IMG/VR virus record: IMGVR_UViG_3300025605_000006 | From: an uncultured virus (IMG/VR IMGVR_UViG_3300025605_000006) | Lineage: Duplodnaviria; Heunggongvirae; Uroviricota; Caudoviricetes | DNA: 64,000 nt | Strand: one strand, 5' to 3' | Part shown: positions 25,883 to 35,391 of the stretch, in pieces | Numbering within the stretch: the first letter of the stretch is position 1 | How the letters are laid out: every line of letters begins with the position of its first letter | Notes under the pieces: model-generated | What the model was told of the DNA's origin: nothing | Database searches by the model: none | The model's input: only the letters and a program-made list of their open reading frames with translations | Made by a program: the position numbers and the translations under genes

Positions 25883-28818
25883 CTTGGGAAGCTTCCAGTG
25901 TCGTAACTGAAGACTGGGGAAGACTTCAGGTTGTCATTGGCAACCAGGACCTTTCCTTCTATCGTGGGCAACCAACAATTGTCCACGGGTGGGGCTCCGC
26001 TGAGCCATTTGACGACAAGGCCTGCACTCTAGAGTTCCCTGGCATCACTTCCTATGAAAGCGTTGAGGATTTACCTTTCAAAGAGTTCGATAATGTCGAC
26101 ATCTATCAGGTCGACAAGAACAACCAGAAGGTTGGCAAGGCTCTGTGGGAGGGGTTCATTGGGTCCCTAGATGACGTAATGGACGGCTCGAACAATTCGC
26201 TTACCATTGGGTGTGTTGGGGCGCTGTACCAGGCAGACTTGTTCCTCAAGGCCCCCAGTTTTGGGTTCCCAGTCGAGGATGCTGGAATTTCCATCGCTAC
26301 GGAAATGAATCTAAGGGCTCGCTATTACGGCCTCAGAACGAAGCAGATGAACTGGTTGACGTGGATGTCTGTCCCTCATCGCAATCGCGGCTCCTGGAAT
26401 CCTCTGTTGACGGGGTGGATTCAGGAATTGCTTAGCCAGGCTTACTCTCCGGCTTACTTCAGGGATGATGAAACAGCTGTGGCTGTGGCTGCTGGAAATG
26501 GTGGGTACGTGGCCCTGGGCGACCACGCCACGTTCTCTTCATTCGGGGAAAGGTTCCCCAACTATGGTTCTGCAACTTGGTGGAATGCCATCTTCATTCA
26601 CCTTTTCAAGGATGAAGGCTTGCGCGTCACGGACATGTGGTACGACAAGACCCGCAAGGAGATCTACTATCTCTCCAAGGGCGGGCATGTTGGGCGTAGA
26701 ACCAAGAACAAGACAGATGAACCAGGGTGGGACCCGTGGTTTGGGGATGCCGCCAACCACCCAGAGTTGAACTACCACGCTATCCACGGCCTTGACGGGA
26801 TGACTGGCTATCGGATCATGAACATCTTCGGCCAAGTCAAGTGTTATGGGGCTGCCACACACTACGGTGATGGGCCTGCGCTCAGCGTTAAGCACTACTC
26901 TGCCACCCCTTACAGTCTCAATGACATCTATATTGACATGGCTCGTACTCCGTCAGGCAACGGGTACTGGTTGCTTTCGTGGGGAGGAGAGATCCATGCG
27001 TTTGGTGACGCTACCTCCTTTGCGAATGTGCAGATCATCGACACCCCCATGCTCGCTATCGAAACCTCACCTACCGGAAATGGTATCTATGTCCTAGATG
27101 CCGCTGGGCGAATCTTCACGCAAGGGGACGCTGTTCATCGCGGTCAGCCTGGTCCTATTGACTACACCCACTATGGGTATAGGGATATGAGCATGACTGA
27201 GTCTGGGGAGGGTTATGTTCTTGTTCGCTCAGATGGAAAGATCAACACTTACGGTGACGCCACCTACTACGGAACTGCTGAATTCTCACTGGATCCTTCA
27301 TCGGGAGGCAAGGTCAATCAGTACACGTTGATGAAGATCGATGGCCGCAGACCTGTCGTGAGAACCAAGGACACCTGGACAGCGGATTGGACGGTTTCCA
27401 CTGGACAGCCCGGTGTGGCTTTCAGCTTGAACCGTGATGCTACTCAGAATCCCAACACGTTCTATGGAGAGGGTACTGATACAGGAAACTGCAAGTGGAG
27501 AAACACCAAGTACCCAAACTTTAACCCCGGAAGCCCACCTCCTCTCTGGCCCGGATACTACATGTCAACGACGACGAACGCTAACGCTCCTGGAGTCAGC
27601 GTTTGGCAGCAGAGGATGAAGGATTGCGGTTGGCCCATCACGGTCGATGGATATTTTGATGTCTACGATCGCAACATTTGCAAGTGGTTCCAGTCCTTGG
27701 CTGGAATCCTCGTGGATGGGGTCATCGGCCCTCAGACGTGGACAGCCACTTTCCAGCCAGGGTCTTCTGGCGGGGACCTCTCCTCTGCCTACATAGCCCC
27801 ACTGGCCATTGATCCCAGGGTTGAGCCCTTCATCTACAACGCAAACGGAGCCTCCATTGGAGACAACCCTAGCTTTGACCGAAGTATCATGCGGATCGAG
27901 TCTTTCGCTTCGCACGGGGAGCATTCTTCGTTGAGGGAGGCCACCATTGCGGCCCAAAATGAAGCAAAGAGAAACGTCACCCCAGGGTGGGCGGGAACAG
28001 TCACCCTTAGTATTGACCCGGAGGAAGGTTCAAGATTCAGGATCAAGGCTGGTGACAACCTTCTCTTGAGGAACTACAGGGGCGAAGACCTGATGCTTCA
28101 TATCGCTGGAGCTGATATCGACATGGTTGGGTTGTCCGTTACGCTCACGGTGGACTCGAAGGCGCGAGACTTGATGTCTGTGACCGCTATGATCGAGAGG
28201 GATAGAACAATCGGAGACTGGGCTTTACAGCCCACAAGGCCCTCCAATAACTCCTCCAAGCAGGTGAACGACAGTGTTGTCTTCGACTGTGAATCGAAGG
28301 CCGGTTATATCCCTTATTTCGTGAGCCCAGGTGGCCTCTGGAATGTCATCAAGATTCCCGTAGGGGAACTTGGGACGGTGGTGAAGACTGAATTCCAGTC
28401 CTTTGCTCCGGCTTCCACCTACTCTGTGGCCATGTTTGATCGCCACATCACGGCCAACAAGTTGCAGTCGCTTGGCTCCCCAATGGATGAAGATTTCTGG
28501 AAGAACTTCCCTGAGGATTTGGGGTTGATGATCTCTTGGGGTGACGCTGATCAGATGGCCGGGTACTTCCCTGGGGCTCAGAGTGATGGTGACCCCGCCA
28601 CGGGACGTATGGTCGATTCAAGCAGTTGGAACTTCTGGTCTTCTGAACCACCTTGGATTTATGTTGCCTTCTGGGTAACTCAGACATGTGCCATTTCAGG
28701 GCGTCTCTACCCTGGACCAGACGCTGGGTTCAACTTTGCGTCCACTGACGCCATCGCCAACCCTATGGAGATTCGCGCTGAGCCGCAACGTACTCCTGCT
28801 GACTTTGGGCCTGACTGA
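25879..28818 (+). CDS. minor tail protein with beta-propeller-like repeats and a peptidoglycan-binding domain
   Basis: repeats GYWLLSWGGEIHAFGDA / GIYVLDAAGRIFTQGDA / GYVLVRSDGKINTYGDA; WQQRM...VDGYF...FQSLAGILVDGVIGPQTW. Confidence 0.75.
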   Translation: MTWEASSVVTEDWGRLQVVIGNQDLSFYRGQPTIVHGWGSAEPFDDKACTLEFPGITSYESVEDLPFKEFDNVDIYQVDKNNQKVGKALWEGFIGSLDDVMDGSNNSLTIGCVGALYQADLFLKAPSFGFPVEDAGISIATEMNLRARYYGLRTKQMNWLTWMSVPHRNRGSWNPLLTGWIQELLSQAYSPAYFRDDETAVAVAAGNGGYVALGDHATFSSFGERFPNYGSATWWNAIFIHLFKDEGLRVTDMWYDKTRKEIYYLSKGGHVGRRTKNKTDEPGWDPWFGDAANHPELNYHAIHGLDGMTGYRIMNIFGQVKCYGAATHYGDGPALSVKHYSATPYSLNDIYIDMARTPSGNGYWLLSWGGEIHAFGDATSFANVQIIDTPMLAIETSPTGNGIYVLDAAGRIFTQGDAVHRGQPGPIDYTHYGYRDMSMTESGEGYVLVRSDGKINTYGDATYYGTAEFSLDPSSGGKVNQYTLMKIDGRRPVVRTKDTWTADWTVSTGQPGVAFSLNRDATQNPNTFYGEGTDTGNCKWRNTKYPNFNPGSPPPLWPGYYMSTTTNANAPGVSVWQQRMKDCGWPITVDGYFDVYDRNICKWFQSLAGILVDGVIGPQTWTATFQPGSSGGDLSSAYIAPLAIDPRVEPFIYNANGASIGDNPSFDRSIMRIESFASHGEHSSLREATIAAQNEAKRNVTPGWAGTVTLSIDPEEGSRFRIKAGDNLLLRNYRGEDLMLHIAGADIDMVGLSVTLTVDSKARDLMSVTAMIERDRTIGDWALQPTRPSNNSSKQVNDSVVFDCESKAGYIPYFVSPGGLWNVIKIPVGELGTVVKTEFQSFAPASTYSVAMFDRHITANKLQSLGSPMDEDFWKNFPEDLGLMISWGDADQMAGYFPGAQSDGDPATGRMVDSSSWNFWSSEPPWIYVAFWVTQTCAISGRLYPGPDAGFNFASTDAIANPMEIRAEPQRTPADFGPD

Positions 28819-29159
28819 TGGTGAAGGTTTGCTTTGGCCGACTTCCCAACGGTACGATTAGGGTGCGCAATTTCCATTTGCTGAAACCTCCTAGCTTGGA
28901 TGGAGCTAGGAGGTTTTACCCTAACCCACATTCGAACCTGTACATTTCACCGCCAGGTGTTAGATGCGAGCTGCATGCCGACGGGTACGATTTGTTTGCA
29001 GTTCAGTTAACGGGGTCAAAGACTTGGTTCTTTGATGGAGCTTCGCCTGTTATACTTCAAGCTGGCATGAGTCTATTTGTTCCCGTCGGGACCAGGCACC
29101 TCACTTTGAGTGGACCTAAAGGGTCTGTTCATCTGTCGGTAAGGAGCGGAGACATCTGA
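28818..29159 (+). CDS. cupin / JmjC-like protein
   Basis: NLYISP, LHADGYDLFAVQLTGSKTW, LFVPVGTRH, SVHLS. Confidence 0.75.
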   Translation: MVKVCFGRLPNGTIRVRNFHLLKPPSLDGARRFYPNPHSNLYISPPGVRCELHADGYDLFAVQLTGSKTWFFDGASPVILQAGMSLFVPVGTRHLTLSGPKGSVHLSVRSGDI

Positions 29160-29929
29160 TGTGCTGGGATGTCACTTCTTGGAACAGGGAGAATCTAGAT
29201 GACTCACAGGTTGCTATTGGGTCTGGATCGTCCGAAATGTTCTATTGGGCTGGGGTCTACGACACCATGTCCTATGGTATCCATAGGGTTGATCCTGACG
29301 TTGCTTCGAGCGACGGGTCGGGCGATGTCAGCCTTTTCGACCCCATGGATACCATTCCCGACGCTGCGGATTACTGGTTTACCAGGAACTTTACCTTGAA
29401 TAGGACGAGCGGGGGTTTCGTGTTGGGAAACTCCAGGGACCCGGACACGGCAGTGACCGGATTCTACTTGACGCACGTGAACGATAGCGGCACCCTCCAA
29501 AGCATCAATCTAGTCGATGCCCTGTCGGGGATGGATAGCTGGGGGTTTGACTTCCTCCACTGTCTCAATACTTCATACAAGTATTTAGCTAACCTTTACG
29601 CCTACAGGTGGGATTTGGATTCAGGCGAGTTTCTAGGCAAGGGGGCCATTGTGTTGGTTGAATCAGATTTTTCTGATGTGGATTTTGTTGTCCCCTGGAC
29701 AGGAGAGAGCGTGTCTTTCTCCGAAAGGAACCCTAAGACTGTTGCCGCCAAGGATGGATCCTTTTGGACTCTAGAATGGCTTAGTGTGGCCGAACAAGAA
29801 TTGTCGTTGTGGTCACCGGATGGAATTCTCATAGACAGCACTACGGATCTTGGCCCCGACTTCATCGTTGACATTGGGATAGATTGTGATGGTTCTTCTG
29901 TGGTGTTGGAAACAGGGGGAGGTAGTTAG
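29159..29929 (+). CDS. hypothetical protein, possibly virion-associated
   Basis: 256-aa acidic ORF coupled by TGATG. Confidence 0.6.
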   Translation: MCWDVTSWNRENLDDSQVAIGSGSSEMFYWAGVYDTMSYGIHRVDPDVASSDGSGDVSLFDPMDTIPDAADYWFTRNFTLNRTSGGFVLGNSRDPDTAVTGFYLTHVNDSGTLQSINLVDALSGMDSWGFDFLHCLNTSYKYLANLYAYRWDLDSGEFLGKGAIVLVESDFSDVDFVVPWTGESVSFSERNPKTVAAKDGSFWTLEWLSVAEQELSLWSPDGILIDSTTDLGPDFIVDIGIDCDGSSVVLETGGGS

Positions 29930-29934
29930 GTATC

Positions 29935-30249
29935 GTGCCTACACTTAAGATGACCAAGGGTTTCGTTTTGTTGACCGGGAGCTGCGATACTTCCGAGGCT
30001 CTAGCGATTTCAGACAATGGGAAGATTGTGGCTAAGAGAGTTTACGGTGGGGATGGGCCTTCCTCGGCCCTGTTCCTTACCTGTTCAGGGACCCCACCGC
30101 TGCGTCAGAGGCAGCGCGACGATGCCTTTAATGCCCCCCGCGTGAACAGGGGGCCTGGGCACAATCATCCCCGCAGCCTTCAGTATTCGCAACGTTCCAG
30201 TTGGACCTCCAACACGTACCTACAAGAGCAAGAACTCGAACCTGTGTAG
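29935..30249 (+). CDS. hypothetical protein
   Basis: ORF directly after the previous gene; GGAGG upstream. Confidence 0.45.
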   Translation: MPTLKMTKGFVLLTGSCDTSEALAISDNGKIVAKRVYGGDGPSSALFLTCSGTPPLRQRQRDDAFNAPRVNRGPGHNHPRSLQYSQRSSWTSNTYLQEQELEPV

Positions 30250-30295
30250 ATTCAGGTGGTAGGGTTCTCTTTCCTTCGAGCAATCGAGTGCTGCT

Positions 30296-31063
30296 ATGAC
30301 TAGAATCCTATTCGCTGGAGACATCCACGCTGATCGCAGCCACCTGGAGTATCTGTTCCGTGTGGCCAAGCGATTTGACGTTGATGTCCTGTTCGCCCTT
30401 GGGGATTTTGGGTATTGGCCAAGGAATGCAGGAGGGCAGAGGTTCCTGAAGGGGGCAGTGAAGCTTACTGAGGACTCTGGGATCCCCCTTTACTGGATTG
30501 ACGGAAACCACGAAGACCATTGGGCTTTGGGCAACCTAACAAGGGGCGTTAGGGGTGCCTTCATCCCCACCAAGGTCCCCTATTACGACCACCATGACAA
30601 CTCCAACCTCCTGTACGTCCCCCGCGGGCATTCATGGACCTGGGATGGGGTTTCGTTTATGGCGATGGGAGGGGCGTACAGCGTTGACAAGCCCTCTCGT
30701 ACGATGGGGCAGGACTGGTTCCCAGAGGAGTCGTTGTCTGATGACGATGTTGCCTACGGTAAGGCTGTGGGGAAGGTCGATGTCATGGTCACTCACGACG
30801 TCAGTTCCGTAGCCCCCATCCTTGAGAAGCTTTTACTCATGAAGGGAAGAAGCTATAAGTTGATCCCTGAGGCCGACGCTAACCGTCGGGCCTTGGAGGA
30901 GATTCGCTTAGCGGTTCGTCCTGACGTCATGGTGCATGGACACTACCACGTTGACTACAAGGAGATCGTGGATGGTACTATCTTCCGCGGCTTGGACTGC
31001 AACCTTTCTGGCGATGGATTCAGCTGGACCATCATGGATACTAGAGACTTCAAGGATGTTTGA
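30296..31063 (+). CDS. calcineurin-like metallophosphoesterase
   Basis: AGDIH, LGDFG, DGNHE, VTHD, HGHYH. Confidence 0.92.
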   Translation: MTRILFAGDIHADRSHLEYLFRVAKRFDVDVLFALGDFGYWPRNAGGQRFLKGAVKLTEDSGIPLYWIDGNHEDHWALGNLTRGVRGAFIPTKVPYYDHHDNSNLLYVPRGHSWTWDGVSFMAMGGAYSVDKPSRTMGQDWFPEESLSDDDVAYGKAVGKVDVMVTHDVSSVAPILEKLLLMKGRSYKLIPEADANRRALEEIRLAVRPDVMVHGHYHVDYKEIVDGTIFRGLDCNLSGDGFSWTIMDTRDFKDV

Positions 31064-31653
31064 TGGAGAAGATTTCCACCCTGTTCACCCGTGCTAAAAA
31101 TGGTCGAGTGACCGACATATTGTCGGATCATGTCACCCCGCCATCCGTCGAATGGCTGGCCACGGAGAAACTGGATGGGGCGAATGTTCGCTTGACGGTA
31201 AGGTCTGGTCAGCTCGTGCGTCTGGAAGCACGTCGCAACCCGACGCGTATCCAGAAGGAAGACGGGATCGTCCACCCCTGGTACCGTGACGCTCAGCCGG
31301 AAGAGCAGCGAAACTCGGACTATTGGCTCTGGAATGCTGCCCGGAACACACCCCTGATGGGCGTTCCTGATGGTGAGTGGTCGGGGGAGGCTGTTGGCCC
31401 TAAGATTCAAGGTAATCCTCTCGGGCTGAAGGAGCACGTTGTCTTCCTCTTCTCGTTGCTTCCATGGAGAGAGACCTTGTCGTCCACCATTCCGCTTCCT
31501 CCTGTAATCGAAAACGCTCCTCTTTCCTTTGATGAATTGGCGGACTGGCTGCCAGGTCAACGTTCACAGGTAAACAAATCCGTAAACATCGAAGGGGTAG
31601 TGTGGTGGTTTTTCGATGAGCCTGTCGCCAAGATCAAAGTTAAGGATTTCTGA
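31063..31653 (+). CDS. RNA ligase-like nucleotidyltransferase
   Basis: ATEKLDG (motif I), GEAVGPKIQGNP, EGVVW, AKIKVKDF. Confidence 0.8.
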   Translation: MEKISTLFTRAKNGRVTDILSDHVTPPSVEWLATEKLDGANVRLTVRSGQLVRLEARRNPTRIQKEDGIVHPWYRDAQPEEQRNSDYWLWNAARNTPLMGVPDGEWSGEAVGPKIQGNPLGLKEHVVFLFSLLPWRETLSSTIPLPPVIENAPLSFDELADWLPGQRSQVNKSVNIEGVVWWFFDEPVAKIKVKDF

Positions 31654-31886
31654 TGGCAAAGAAGAACGAGAAGGCCCCCAATGCTGTAGACATCGATCTG
31701 CGTGGCGGGCCGAGAGATGGAGAAACTCTTAGAGTTTGCATTCCTCCACCTTCAAGGTTGAGGTTGGGCTTCCCTGAGTGGGCCAATTACTACCAAGTCG
31801 GAAGCTCCACTGTTTACGAGTTCGACAATCAGAAACCTTGGGTTTCGTTGAATGTCATAACACCGACGGGAGATAGCCTTGACTGA
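31653..31886 (+). CDS. hypothetical protein
   Basis: coupled ORF; LRGGPRDG. Confidence 0.6.
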   Translation: MAKKNEKAPNAVDIDLRGGPRDGETLRVCIPPPSRLRLGFPEWANYYQVGSSTVYEFDNQKPWVSLNVITPTGDSLD

Positions 31887-32310
31887 CTACGTGCATGTTG
31901 TTGAGCTGACATCCGAGGGCACTTTCTGTAAGGATTGCGGGGTTGGCATTCCTCTGGAAGTTGGATCTATGGATTCAGAAGTTGTTTCAATGGGCGGTGG
32001 AAATGTTCATTGGATCCCAGCGTTTGCCTACGATGGCAAGACACGCTCCTGCTTGCGTGCCACTGGAGCCGTTGACGACTCCGTTCTCCTGGTGTGTTCT
32101 TCTTGCGGGGGCGAGGGATGTGATGACTGCGGTAACTTTGGAGTGATCGGAAGTCAAGGCTCTCTTGTGGTAACCGAGAGGCCCCCTGCTGAGGGCGGAG
32201 AGACGCTGGAGGTGGCTCCCCCTTTGACAGAGGTTGAGAAGATGGCCGGGAGGGCTGGATTCCAGAACTTCCTGATGATGAGAGAGACTTTGAATCCAGA
32301 TGGATCTTAG
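31879..32310 (+). CDS. hypothetical Cys-rich protein
   Basis: CxxC and CxxCGGxGCxxC. Confidence 0.55.
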   Translation: MTDYVHVVELTSEGTFCKDCGVGIPLEVGSMDSEVVSMGGGNVHWIPAFAYDGKTRSCLRATGAVDDSVLLVCSSCGGEGCDDCGNFGVIGSQGSLVVTERPPAEGGETLEVAPPLTEVEKMAGRAGFQNFLMMRETLNPDGS

Positions 32311-32533
32311 GTCAGAGTTGCAGGAATGGGTCGAGAGTCATTCCGAGTTGAAACCCGAGGAAGCTGAGGTCTTCACGGAAGAACTTTGGGGGTTTCTCGA
32401 AGAAAAGGTCGGGGCAGTTCAGGAGAAGCTACTGGATGACCTTCAATTGACGAGGGCAAGGTTAGCTTCAGCTGAGAGAAGAAGGGATTGGTTTCAGGGT
32501 GAGCTTGCTAGAGTCACATCCGCTGATGGTTGA
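32300..32533 (+). CDS. hypothetical coiled-coil protein
   Basis: overlapping ORF in operon. Confidence 0.55.
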   Translation: MDLRSELQEWVESHSELKPEEAEVFTEELWGFLEEKVGAVQEKLLDDLQLTRARLASAERRRDWFQGELARVTSADG

Positions 32534-32948
32534 GGAGGCAGTGGAGACACTTCTGGCTCAGGCGTCTCAGAAGTTCCCCTTTGAAGCCGTGGAGGGTACT
32601 ATCAATGCATCGAAGATGAAGGAAATCTGCTCCATCTTGGGGGTTTCTCCAGACTTGATCAAAAGGTTTCAACGGGAAGGCCTTTCTGTTGACGAGGCCG
32701 ACAAGGTAGCTTACAAACTGGGGGAGCATCCTTCTGCCATTTGGCCAGAGTGGAGTGATATCCCGCTCCTTCCTGAGTCGTTGTTGGATGCCGCTGAGGA
32801 CTTCATGAGGGCCAACAAGAGGTGTGGAAAGTGTTTGGCCTGGGTGGATCGGGAGAAGTTCCATCGTCGCAGGGCTTCCACGGATGGGCGTGCAAGGTAC
32901 TGCATGATGTGCACTAAAAAGTACGAGGAGGCCAAGCGTGGCAGATAA
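32526..32948 (+). CDS. putative HTH plus zinc-finger DNA-binding protein
   Basis: ADKVAYKLGEHPSAIWP; CGKC...DGRARYCMMC. Confidence 0.6.
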   Translation: MVEEAVETLLAQASQKFPFEAVEGTINASKMKEICSILGVSPDLIKRFQREGLSVDEADKVAYKLGEHPSAIWPEWSDIPLLPESLLDAAEDFMRANKRCGKCLAWVDREKFHRRRASTDGRARYCMMCTKKYEEAKRGR

Positions 32949-33492
32949 GAACACTCTCCTGTCCAAGATTTCAGAGGTCACTACGGATGTCGATTCCTTG
33001 GTGAACTCGATTCTTGAGTACGTCATGGATAAGGATCAGCTCATGTCTGAGGTGGCCGAGGTTCTTCTCGCCTTGCGTGATCTCACGGGGGCACTTTCTT
33101 TGGGTTCCTCCGAGATCGAGAAGCTTCTGGCTATCCTTATGGCTGATGGGGAAATTCTGGAGGTTCCCAACTCCGGGGTGGCGATCGAACGCAGGACGGG
33201 TTCTAGTAGGGTGCAGTGGAACCATCAGGCTCTCCGGTCAGCTGCCGCTGAGAGGCTCGTTGATCGACATCTAGATTCGAAGACTGGAACCCTAGACTGT
33301 TCTCCTGTTGTGCTGATAGAGGAAGCCTTGGAGACGACAAGCTTGTCTTGGAAGTTGACTGAACTAAGGGCGCTTGGCTTGAATCCTGATAGCTTCTCTA
33401 CTAAGAAGCCGGGTAAGGTTAGCTTCAAGATCACTTCTGTTGGTGCCGTGAAGACTGAGGAAAAGGAAGACAATGACGACGACTTCATCTAA
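32938..33492 (+). CDS. hypothetical protein
   Basis: GAGGAG SD; adjacent to the annealase gene. Confidence 0.6.
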   Translation: MADKNTLLSKISEVTTDVDSLVNSILEYVMDKDQLMSEVAEVLLALRDLTGALSLGSSEIEKLLAILMADGEILEVPNSGVAIERRTGSSRVQWNHQALRSAAAERLVDRHLDSKTGTLDCSPVVLIEEALETTSLSWKLTELRALGLNPDSFSTKKPGKVSFKITSVGAVKTEEKEDNDDDFI

Positions 33493-34114
33493 GGATCATT
33501 TCAAGGCTTTGGGTTATGACTTCCCTGAGGAGAATCTGAGGGAGGTCAAGAAGGGTGGGGCTAGACTCACCTATATCCCAGTAAGCGAGGTAATTGCCAG
33601 GATGAATGGCGCTTTGGGTGTTGACGGATGGCGCATTTCGTCTTCAGATGCCTGGATCGATTCCTCCAACCCTGATTGGGTTATCGCCAAGGTTGTGGTG
33701 GAGATTTTTTCCCATGACCGGGATTGCTGGGTACCCAGGATTGGATGGGGTGGTCAGAAGATCAAGCTGTCAAAGGGTGATGGAGCACCGTTAGATCTGG
33801 GCGATGAGTTCAAGGGTGCTTCCTCTGACGCTTTCAAGAAGGCTGTTCAGGCTTTTGGGGTGGGGCTGAGTTTGGCCCGTTCGGAGGAGGCAATCGAAGC
33901 GGAGCTGAACGCTCTTGCTGAGAAGGCTTCTCCAGTCCAACATAAGCTGATTCATGAAGCCCTGGGGGGTCTCCCTGAGGAGGATAAGGCTGCCCTCCTC
34001 GATTGGTGGAAGGCTAATCTTTCGAGCCAGAGCCTCAAGCATGGCACGATGACTCTGGAGGGGTTCCGGCTGGCTTCAGAGTTCCTAGGCTTGGAGAATC
34101 CTGATGAGCTATGA
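33473..34114 (+). CDS. Rad52/Rad22-family (Sak-like) ssDNA annealing protein
   Basis: LTYIPVSEVIARMNGALGVDGW...KGASSDAFKKAVQAFGVG. Confidence 0.85.
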   Translation: MTTTSSKDHFKALGYDFPEENLREVKKGGARLTYIPVSEVIARMNGALGVDGWRISSSDAWIDSSNPDWVIAKVVVEIFSHDRDCWVPRIGWGGQKIKLSKGDGAPLDLGDEFKGASSDAFKKAVQAFGVGLSLARSEEAIEAELNALAEKASPVQHKLIHEALGGLPEEDKAALLDWWKANLSSQSLKHGTMTLEGFRLASEFLGLENPDEL

Positions 34115-34433
34115 GTGGACCGAGGATGGCCACAAGCTGAACTTTGAAATCGACGGTGATGAAATTTCTATTTCTCACGTTGATTGCCCCATGACGGGCT
34201 CTTCTGCTTTTTGCAATAGACGTAGGAACTTTTGCGTGGTCCAACGTTTCGTTGGCATCTTTGGGCCAGAGTGCAATATTGGGCAGTCACGAATTCAGGG
34301 GCCTGTGGAGATTGCTTGGATTGGGGTTCCTGGGGACAGTGATTTGGATGACGAGTTTGCTCAAGTGTGGGTTACTCCAATAAACGATCCAGAGTATCAG
34401 AGTTCGAAGATCTCCATCATGGGGGAGCTGTAG
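34104..34433 (+). CDS. hypothetical protein
   Basis: GGAG SD; overlapping ORF. Confidence 0.6.
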   Translation: MSYEWTEDGHKLNFEIDGDEISISHVDCPMTGSSAFCNRRRNFCVVQRFVGIFGPECNIGQSRIQGPVEIAWIGVPGDSDLDDEFAQVWVTPINDPEYQSSKISIMGEL

Positions 34434-34458
34434 TTGGCTTGACGTGTAGTGTATATAC

Positions 34459-35142
34459 ATGGCACGTCTTCCTGAAGCTGTAATCATTGAACGTGACGCC
34501 ACCATCTTCGAACTGAAGAAGGCTGGCAAAAACTTCCGAGTCATCGGGAAAGCCTTGGGGGTTAGCGAAAGCGCAGCCTACAAGGGGTACAAGCGTCACG
34601 TCGACAGGATGATGCGTCACCTGGCGATTGATTACGCTGCGGAACTAGTCACCGACTATCAGCGACTAGAGGCCCTCTGGGATTCATACTCTCCATACAC
34701 TAGGCCCCAGAAGTTGGAAAATCCTGATGGGGGAGAGGATCTCGTGATCCCCCCTTCACCGGACGCTGCCAAGGTTTGTCTTGCCATCATGGACAAGAAG
34801 CACAAGCTCCTGAAGATGGATGAAGCCGAGGTCAACACTGGTGGCCGTGGGGGTCAGGGGGCTCCTCCCGTCAATCCTGATGATGAAACCGTCGCTGAGC
34901 GTACCCCCGAAATCGAGGCAAGGGAGTTGCTCAAGATTTTCCATGAGTCTGGCATCATTGACGATCAGATCTTCACTAGGCTTCGCGAGGTGGCGAACCT
35001 GGACGACATCGTGGATGCTGAGGTCGTTGATGATGGTGATGACATTCAGTCTCCTCTTGAGATTTCGATGGCCGAGGCCCCTGCTTTCGTTGACGATTAT
35101 GATGAGGAACAGCCGGATGTGAAGTGGAGGCCAGAGTTGTGA
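34459..35142 (+). CDS. HTH protein, possible terminase small subunit
   Basis: N-terminal HTH (FELKKAGKNFRVIGKALGVSESAAY), acidic tail DIVDAEVVD. Confidence 0.55.
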   Translation: MARLPEAVIIERDATIFELKKAGKNFRVIGKALGVSESAAYKGYKRHVDRMMRHLAIDYAAELVTDYQRLEALWDSYSPYTRPQKLENPDGGEDLVIPPSPDAAKVCLAIMDKKHKLLKMDEAEVNTGGRGGQGAPPVNPDDETVAERTPEIEARELLKIFHESGIIDDQIFTRLREVANLDDIVDAEVVDDGDDIQSPLEISMAEAPAFVDDYDEEQPDVKWRPEL

Positions 35143-35366
35143 GCAGCACCCCCCACATGTCTATTCGGGTGCAGCCAGACCAGCTGGCTTCTTGGCGCGC
35201 TGCTTGCGCCAAATCTGGCGTTGATGTGAGTAGCAAGATTCGGTTGTTGATGGATGCTTGGGTGGCCTTCGAGTCTCAACGTGAGGAGCTTGAGCGTTCG
35301 GAGTCTGAGATGGCTGCCGCTGAGGCTTTGAAGCTCATAGAGGAAGCTTTGATTTCTCTCAGCTGA
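35139..35366 (+). CDS. ribbon-helix-helix-like protein
   Basis: HMSIRV...WRAAC...VSSKIRLLM. Confidence 0.55.
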   Translation: MSSTPHMSIRVQPDQLASWRAACAKSGVDVSSKIRLLMDAWVAFESQREELERSESEMAAAEALKLIEEALISLS

Positions 35367-35391
35367 AGAAGAGCCCGATATAGTTTCTGTC

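Noticed and set aside
29900..29950. Programmed frameshift or readthrough joining the 29159 and 29935 ORFs
   Set aside because: Readthrough hits TGA within 8 codons, the downstream frame opens only at 29926, there is no clear slippery heptamer, and the second ORF has its own GGAGG
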